64,000 nt of DNA from Octopus vulgaris (taxonomy: Eukaryota): the NCBI GenBank assembly GCA_951406725.2, contig OX597820.1, positions 68,758,001 to 68,822,000 of the forward strand, read 5' to 3'. Shown here in pieces: positions 55,432-64,000 of this stretch; within the stretch, counting starts at the first letter, position 1; the number at the start of each line of letters is the position of its first letter. The notes beneath the pieces were generated by a model. The model was not told where the DNA came from, ran no database searches, and saw only the letters and a program-made list of their open reading frames with translations. A program made the position numbers and the translations under genes.

Positions 55432-55908
55432 AACACTTGAGGATAAAATCTTTATAAGAAATTATCAGTAGTTAGCGTGAAAAACCTCGTAAGAGAAAAA
55501 TTCGTAAATTTTTCCACTTTGAAAATATTTATTTATATTATATTGAGGGTACTACTATTCGTAGACACCACACGCTAAGAGGGACCAATGCGGTCAAAAC
55601 TACTAAAATAAACAAAATTTTACCGAATGCAAAACTTCAAAGCAAATCATTTAAAAAAAGAATTTAGTTACATATCACCTGTGATTTCGCAATTAATGCA
55701 GAATATGCATTCTATGTTCATCAGTGCAACAAACTCAAGATATATGAGAAAAAACATAACGTTACAAACTCGATAGCCAACCGTAGAATTCGTCGTAGCA
55801 TGTACGAATGTTTATCTTTACATATGTATGAAAATGGCGGGCTTATTCGCAATGCATTTCGGTAACAAATTGCTTACTCGGAATAAAAATTCAGTATTGA
55901 ACTATTCC
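55430..55908 (-). mobile_element. Penelope-like element 3' end (ORF tail plus pLTR)
   Basis: Minus: ILNFYSE / LPKCIANK resembles the PLE terminal LN..SE...KC.H.NK, followed by a hammerhead; flanked by (TA)n. Confidence 0.6.
55667..55730 (-). ncRNA. Near-complete type I hammerhead ribozyme
   Basis: GUUGCA-CUGAUGA-ACA-UAG-AAUGCA-UAUUC-UGCAUU-AAU-UGC-GAAA-UCAC-AG-GUGA-UA-UGUAAC: 6-bp stem I, extended stem II, 4-5-bp stem III, AUA cleavage triplet; A.C at 10.1-11.1. Confidence 0.8.
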
Positions 55909-55942
55909 GTATATATGTATATATATATATATGTATGTATAT

Positions 55943-55990
<48 letters not shown>

Positions 55991-56269
55991 GTATGCATGT
56001 ATGTATGTATGTATGTATGTATGTATGTATGTATGTATGTATGTATGTATGTATGTATGAGTGTATGTACGTATGCATGGATGGATGGATGGATGTTGTT
56101 AATCGCAAAACAAAACGAAGAATAAAAAAGCAACAACGTACATGGTACAAGCAAAGTATTGAAATAGGTTCAGGGAAGGACAGAAAAGGAAGGAAACAGG
56201 ATACAGAGGAATGTCCAAGAGAAAAGGAAGACAGAAGGAAAACGTCGCCAAGAAACCACATATAGTTAC

Positions 56270-56303
<34 letters not shown>

Positions 56304-56362
56304 CGTAACTAAATGCGGATTGTTGTCCTTATATATATATATAGAACATGTATATATATATG

Positions 56363-56435
<73 letters not shown>

Positions 56436-56437
56436 AA

Positions 56438-56518
<81 letters not shown>

Positions 56519-56855
56519 ATATTTTTATTGAACTATTTGTCTAATATTTTGTCAGATATTTCCTTGTAAACTGTTTTTAACATTTTTCCTATTATTATCA
56601 AGGAATGTATCTATGTATTTGAATACTTTTGTGACAACCAGTACTTAACACAACAAAGCTCATACAAAGCTTTTACATTTTACTTTTCACAATCTTTTTT
56701 TCCAAAAAAACTGAAACCGGTCAAGTTAATAAACGTCTTTAAAATTGCAATTTTATACCTTTCTTTCATATATATTTCCACTCGTGCGGTACCTTACAAC
56801 TTCACTTTGTTATATATATCTATATCTATATATATATATATACACACACACACAC

Positions 56856-56915
<60 letters not shown>

Positions 56916-57023
56916 ATATTTTGTTTGGGGATTTTGGCTACATTCTTTATGTGAGTTCGCGTGTTGAAGCATATTTTGTTGTCTCTGAGTAGAGTCATTC
57001 TCTTTTAGTGCCTCATAATTTAA

Positions 57024-57150
57024 CACTCTCACCTGTAAAATTTCCCCTCATTTCCTTGAGAGTCAACAACTATTGATAAGGTTGCAAGACGCAACGAAAA
57101 TTTTAGAAAAATAAAGGAGGAAATGAGTGGAAATTTTACCGGAGTGTGTG
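57024..57150. mobile_element. piggyBac-type MITE (127 bp)
   Basis: 33-bp TIRs (28/33 identical; CAC...GTAAAATTTCC-CTCATTTCCT) flanked by TTAA at 57020-57023 and 57151-57154. Confidence 0.8.
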
Positions 57151-57216
57151 TTAAATTATAAGGCAGTAAAATAGAATGACTATCCACAGACACAACAGAA
57201 TATGTATATATATGTA

Positions 57217-57262
<46 letters not shown>

Positions 57263-58764
57263 CATATTCGCTAAATCAAACTGATTGCTTTTCTTAAATG
57301 ATTTAACATCATTTGTTAAATCGAGAGAAACTTTCAGATTTAAAATTTTACGGAGAAATGTTTTCCATGACAAAACATAGTGAATGGCTTATTTACGAGT
57401 CCAAACGTGCCACACGCATATTTGAACTGGTAACAACATTAAATTAAAATGTTAAACTGTATAGAATAATATGAATTTGAATCAAGAAATGTATAATGAA
57501 ATTTATATTTTATATTCTTTAATTTTACTTTGACGAACGAAAACACTTTCCAGGAATATATTTTTGACATACTACAAATAAAAACCGAAACTAATATTTC
57601 AATTTTGTTTAGAGTAGCTCAATACTTGTTTTATGTCAGTTACATATGTATACGACGAACATTTTATGAAAGATTTCCTGTATTTTCCTGCTGACCAATT
57701 GAATACATGAGCGCATAATTTTTCACGCGTTTATCCAAAAGAAATACTATCATGTCCGAGGTGATAAAATCGAAGGCCTTTTTTTATATATGTAATACAT
57801 GATTGATTCACATTTCCTTCCGATCACAGTAATATATTTCATGTAAATGTTCAAGACTTTCCTTAAATATTTTAGGCAATTTTCGAAGATTTTACCATGA
57901 AATAATTGTAGAGGTGTTTAACGGTTATTTTCCCATGCTTGCTCACAATTACACAGAGACACAGACACACACGCACGCGCAGGCACGCCTTCACACACAG
58001 CGTTTGTCCTTACCTATGTTCGCGCGCTCAAACCGACGTATACACAGTGCGCGTGTCCGTTTCTGTAAGGTATTGGTATTTCAAAGAGAATTATCTTGCC
58101 GTGTTTAATTTCAAGATCGCTATAAGAGAACAATATTATTCTTTAAATGGGTGGTATGAGCTAACCACTGTGCCAAAAATTATACCAGTGAAAGAAAAAA
58201 ATTCATTCGTAGTGAAGATATACTAGGAAATTATGATAGCAATCGATGAAGAGGCATAATTGTGAGATAATATGACTTTAAGAATAAATATCTACAAAGA
58301 ATAGAAGTTGATTTTTGAAATCATTTTCGAATTTTTTCTGTTACTATCATAATTTTAAAAATTCTATAATCAAGTCAGATTTTTTAAAATTTGGAATATT
58401 GATGTAATTTTTTACACTGAATCTGATTTTCTTAATCATTTGTTCCAGAAACACTTTAGAAAAATGTTATTGAGTTCTAAAATTTTTTAATTTCTTTCAA
58501 GTCAAAGAAAAAGATTTGGAAACTGGCATTTTCTGAGTGATAGCTGTCTATCACAAAGTGAAAACAAAGCATTACGACGAAGCGTTTTAACACGTTTTAA
58601 TGAATAAAATCATGTTAAACGGTGGAACATGCATGTAAGCATTGAAAAGTGTAAACTATAAAAAATGAAAGATCTTCAATGAAATTTTTCGGCGAAAATT
58701 TACAAAATAAACATTTCAAGCGAAAATCAAATAGCGAACGTTTGAGACACACCCTAGAAGTTTC

Positions 58765-59265
58765 TCATATATTCTGCACCACATAAACTGGTTGAGATGT
58801 GAGTCAACCATTAGAACGGCGAGTCCCACAGTGTCGTTTATTCTCTCGTTTTACACAAACCCATGCGCTTTGCCCTTGCTGCGACAGGTTACTAATAAAC
58901 TCAAAGCTCTGATTCACTGTTCTATGTTGAAAAGTATAATCATTAAGTTCAGGAATGTCAGAGTAGGCTCTCCACAAGTAACTGAAAATAGTGTTTCCTG
59001 GAAGAACCGATTGACGTATGCATTTATCTAATGTGTCGCAATTCTAACATCGAATCGCGCAAGGGGAAACATGTGCGGTTTCACAACACATTCCTCCGGA
59101 AACCTGCTGCTCAGGTAGTATCTTGCTGCTATTGTATTCATGTCTTCAGAAGTAACTTTCTTCTATCTCAACAATCTTCTCAGGACCGCCTATCTGAAAT
59201 AAGTTGCGGAGCAAGACCTCCTCAAATACTTCAGTAACATAGTTGGTATAATCATACCCAGTTAT
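58765..59265 (-). pseudogene. Merlin (IS1016/ISXO2-like DDE) transposase remnant
   Basis: QIGGPEKIVEIEESYF*RHEYN..VSGG..DTL..IRQSVLPGNTIFSYLWRAY..HRTVNQSFEF..SAW..VKR..G..DSHLNQFMW; nearly one frame with stops, catalytic Asp positions mutated. Confidence 0.88.
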
Positions 59266-59852
59266 TCAATACAAACGAGAATGTCCATTTCTTAAAGCAA
59301 AAAAAAAAAAAAACACAGGTGAAATGACAGAAATGAGGTACAAACGTTCAGAAAATGTGCACTAGTCAAATAAGAGAGACAGGTGGAGGTCATACATGAG
59401 GTTGTAGTTTTAAGCTTACTACAGCATGCCATGTTACTATAGAAGCAGGTGCCAATGTGTCTGTAGCCTTCAATTTATGACAAAAATAAATTTCTTTTCA
59501 ATATTTAGCATAGAAAAATATATTGGAACAAGATTTTTAAAAATAGAAAACTGTGACATCAACAGAAAACATACAAATTCTGTTTTATCATTTGGTTATC
59601 TTAGACAGGGGACTGCTGCAAGCCTGAGGTACTCTCTTGGCAAATTTAATCTAACAAGTTGCCCCGGTATTTAGTGTTTTTTTTTTCTTTTGAAGTCTGG
59701 TACTTATTCTAGAGGTCACTTTCCGCAAACCACACAGAGCGGCTTAAACAAAAGAATACATTTCACCACTCGCTGGCGGTGGATAAATACAAACATGAAG
59801 ACATGTATATATATATATGTTTATACATATATATATACATTATATATATATG

Positions 59853-59913
<61 letters not shown>

Positions 59914-60147
59914 CTGCATGTATGTGCGTGTGTGAGTGTATATATATATGTGTATATACCAACACACATAGAAGCCATTATCCGGCGCAAGGCTATAACA
60001 AAAATTATTTGCCCAAGATGCTGGTCAGTAAGATTGAGTCCGTAACACCATTTTTCCAATTCCAATTCAAGCTTCTTAACCACGCAGCCATATTTGCACC
60101 TATTTGAATTTTTATACCGATATATATGTATATATACATATATGCAT

Positions 60148-61350
60148 ATTTGCTTTTCGTAGGAAGGAAGTTTTCTTCGAAGTATACGTCTCGCTTTTAT
60201 CCTTCGAAACGTTTAGTAGATGAAACCTTAGCGACTGAAGAAGGGGATTTTTCGTTGTGCTTATTGTCCTGTATCTCTTTTTTTTTGCTTGTCTTGTCTT
60301 TTTTTTTTTTTTTTTTTTTTGCTTGTCTTGTTCCTTGGTTTGTGTCTATGTTTTTCGTCTCTCTATGTGTTCGACGTCTTTTTGGTGTCCTGTACACATA
60401 TATGCGTGTATATGTACATGTAGAGGTAGGTACGTACATATATGTTTATATATATGCATATGTTCTATTTTATTAACATATTATACGACTAAACGCACGC
60501 ACCCTATCAAGTAAGATTGTTCTGTTTATCAAGTTAGCCTTGATATTAACTCTCACGCGACTCTGCATCTTTCTTTCTTTCTCTCCCATTCCCTTTTTCG
60601 TCTTTTTTCCCTCACTTAACTTGTCTCTTCCTCTCTCTCTCCCCCTCACTGTTCTTCATGGTCTCCTCGCACCATTCCCCTTCTTCTCTCTCTTCCTCTT
60701 GCTCCTCCTCCCCCATTCCCGTCGTCCATCTGCGACGATACTTCCGTCGTAACTGCTATCCTGTCTTTTCTCGCCCGCCTTCTAAGGCTACTGGTCGATT
60801 TTCTTTCTCTCTCGTCGTCCACTATAATCCAGCGTTTGCAATACTTTTTTCGTCTGGCGTTAACAGCCCTTCTTATCTTGTTCTCCTTGTCCTGTCTCTC
60901 ACTGTTATATATTTATTTTTCCACTGTTTATATATATATTTTTTACTGTTTATATGTTTGTACTGTCGTTACCGTCTTGCTTTTTTTACCCCTCTGCGAA
61001 AAGATCTCAGAATTTTAATTGATTTGCTTTTCGTAGGAAGGAAGTTTTCTTCGAAGTATACGTCTCGCTTTTATCCTTCGAAACGTTTAGTAGATGAAAC
61101 CTTAGCGACTGAAGAAGGGGATTTTTCGTTGTGCTTATTGTCCTGTATCTCTTTTTTTTGCTTGTCTTGTCTTGTTTTTTTTTTTTTTTTTTTTTTGCTT
61201 GTCTTGTTCCTTGGTTTGTGTCTATGTTTTTCGTCTCTCTATGTGTTCGACGTCTTTTTGGTGTCCTGTACACATATATGCGTGTATATGTACATGTAGA
61301 GGTAGGTACGTACATATATGTTTATATATATGCATATGTTCTATTTTATT

Positions 61351-61357
<7 letters not shown>
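60148..61357 (+). mobile_element. Young element with ~335-bp direct terminal repeats (60148-60481, 61022-61357); probable PLE partial-tandem pLTR structure
   Basis: The two copies differ only around the T-runs; 540-bp pyrimidine-rich non-coding spacer; no TG..CA termini; TA-rich flanks. Confidence 0.7.
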
Positions 61358-61421
<64 letters not shown>

Positions 61422-61426
<5 letters not shown>

Positions 61427-62505
61427 GGAAAAGCGCGGAAGAATAAACTTCCAGACAGAGGAAATAGGACGTAAGACCAGGCCTTCATAAACACTATACG
61501 AGACAGACGAAAGATGAAAGGGATACTGGGAGCCGGTCGCGGATTTTGAAAGATTAATAATATTTCCACTCACAAAAACAACAAAAAAAACGGACTTAAT
61601 CCTATGGAACACGAACGAATAACGGGAATTTTGCTTGAGCTGACAGTGCTATGGGAAAACAACATGGCTAATGCAGAACAATGGAGGGAGAGGAAGTACG
61701 AGAAATTAATTGAAGAATGCGGGAACACGGGTGTATTGACCACCGGGCAACGAGAGCTAGAGGCTTCATTGAAAGGAAAATGGTGACGTTATATAAAAGG
61801 TTTGCATTTTCTAGCTTAGAGCTGAGTAAACTAATAAGGGGGATACAGGTGGCAGTCGGCAAAGCCAGATTCTATATATGACTGAAACGAGAAGACCCGA
61901 AATGGCTCGAAAGCCATAATATGCTGAGTGGAAAATAGTATCGTTAGGTGAGGCTGGCTGACACTTAAACAGCGTTGCTGCTTGAGAGGTGGGCCGAGGG
62001 AACAATCTCATTCATTGTGTACCTATCTCCACGATAGTTCAAAGGCTTGAGCCACAATACAGCTAATCGACTTTGGCTGCTGGAGATGAAACTAGCACGA
62101 CTCCGTTGGAAGGTAGATCAAGAGGCCAAATCTACGCGCCCTTCTCCTACATTGGTCAGTTGAAACCTAGATTGTATCACGTGAGAGTTTGCTGGCGCTG
62201 GTCGCTGTGTCCAACCGGCTAGTATCTAAGGGGTAATTTGTCAGGGTGGGTTGGCCATTCGTCCGCTGACATTCGTTGACGCTGCATCGAAAAAACCAAA
62301 GAACGAAAATCCAAAGAAAAAAGAAAAGCTCTCACTCAACTCCATAGTTGAAGACAGATCTGAAAGAGGGAGGGGTCACGTCGAAAACATTAGGGTAGTA
62401 GGGGCCCATACCGGACGTGGTTCCTCCTGATGATGTCCTTAGCCACTGGATCCTATAAAGGAGCTGCTGAGGTAGCGAACCACGAAACGTGGTTGGAATT
62501 TCTCT

Positions 62506-62508
<3 letters not shown>
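61422..62508 (+). mobile_element. HERO-like REL-endonuclease LINE 3' end with long 3' UTR
   Basis: [71 protein letters not shown] match the HERO pattern RPDIVLWS/IELTVPWEE/A.ERK..KY/G.RGF/W.W.KR; embedded in (TA)n. The UTR extent is inferred. Confidence 0.7.
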
Positions 62509-62552
<44 letters not shown>

Positions 62553-62616
62553 TGTGTGTATGTTTTAAGTATATATAAATAGATCACATACATACATACA
62601 TGTATACATACATACC

Positions 62617-62683
<67 letters not shown>

Positions 62684-63266
62684 GAGAAAGATATATATAT
62701 AGAGAGAAAGCGATAGACAGACAGATAGATAGTTAGATGTATTTAGATACACACAAATTTTCTGCTGTTCCTTCCACATATAATGTTATCACTTAAAAAA
62801 ATATTTTGTTTTTGTATAAAAAAAAAAGAAAAACTCGAAAAAAATCTCTAATATTAATGTTCTATAAATCATCTACTCCAGATTCTTTTTATTGATTGTT
62901 TGTTTGTTTGTGCTATAACCCATTATAAATGTATCCTTTTGTTTTTGTTTTCATCAAGGACTTATTATGTAGAATATCAATTAACGTTATATAAACCAAC
63001 ATTACTTATTGATGTTTTACGATGTTAATAAACCAAACTAATAAATGGGGTAAAATCATGACAAAATGGTTTCTTTCAGCTAGTATCATTGTTCGGTTAC
63101 CAGTACAAGATTGCCATCAAAATGATACACTGTTCTTCTCGAACGAATCCTACGGTTATCTTCTCCATGTTTAGCTAATACCCAATTAGGCTTTTACACA
63201 CATACAAATAACCCATTCACACATATACACGTACGCAGACACACCTAAATATATATGATTATATGA

Positions 63267-63394
<128 letters not shown>

Positions 63395-63494
63395 GTACAC
63401 ATCACAGGCTTAAACACATACAGGAACACACGCACTGACTGACAATTGCTAACCAAAGAAAGAATTGCATGCAATCTGTTTCTTTCTCTTGCAT

Positions 63495-63504
63495 CATAAC
63501 CATT

Positions 63505-63544
<40 letters not shown>

Positions 63545-63850
63545 CCATCAGCATCATCATCACTATCATCGACATCCTCATCATCTTCGTCATCATCGTC
63601 GTCGTCGTCGTCGCCGTCGTCATAAACATCGTTGTCATCGTCATCGCCCTCGTCATCATCTTCATTGTCATCGTCATCTTTATCATAGGTGTAGTTTTCT
63701 ACTTCTTCTTCTTCTTCTTCTTCGTCGTCGTCGTCTTCTACTTCTTCTTCTTTTTCTTCTTTTTCTTCTTCTTCTTCTTCTTCTTCTTCTTCTTCTTCTT
63801 CTTCTTCTTCTTCTTCTTCTTCTTCTTCTTCTTCTTCTTCTTCTTCTTCG
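63495..63850. repeat. Compound trinucleotide tract (CAT)n-(CGT)n-(CTT)n
   Basis: Directly visible; gives the poly-D/E, poly-H and poly-F pseudo-ORFs. Confidence 0.95.
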
Positions 63851-64000
63851 TTATCATATTGAATTTCCATTTCTTATAAAAATCCAAACTCAATCACTAA
63901 TATGCTGTTGGATTCTTCTACCTTCGAGGTATCGTTGATGTTTTCTTCTTTTTCATTTAAGAAGAGTAACGGGAAGCAGTACAGACAATACCGTTCTGAG

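Overview
AT-rich, extremely microsatellite-dense eukaryotic genomic DNA (intronic or intergenic). It is most likely from an octopus; this is inferred from the tRNA-derived SINE families and the TA/CA/TATC/TAA microsatellite load. I could not support any host protein-coding exon, and nearly all long ORFs in the supplied track are microsatellite artefacts. The window is a graveyard of mobile DNA: at least four SINE families; R4/Dong-like REL-endonuclease LINE fragments, several chained head-to-tail inside (TAA)n; HERO-, Tx1/L1- and RTE-like LINE ends; several Penelope-like (PLE) remnants (RT, GIY-YIG, pseudo-LTRs); a DD37D maT transposase; a Merlin transposase; a piggyBac-type MITE; and a clean non-autonomous Helitron. 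The most interesting hidden layer is RNA structure. There are at least six hammerhead-ribozyme-like motifs, one nearly complete (55667-55730), one minimal palindromic (8887-8921), one with an unusual core (7975-8019) and one at the 3' end of a HERO-like LINE. There is also a ~290-bp Pol III-box repeat arranged like a PLE insertion. All family assignments come from manual translation and motif recognition, not database searches.
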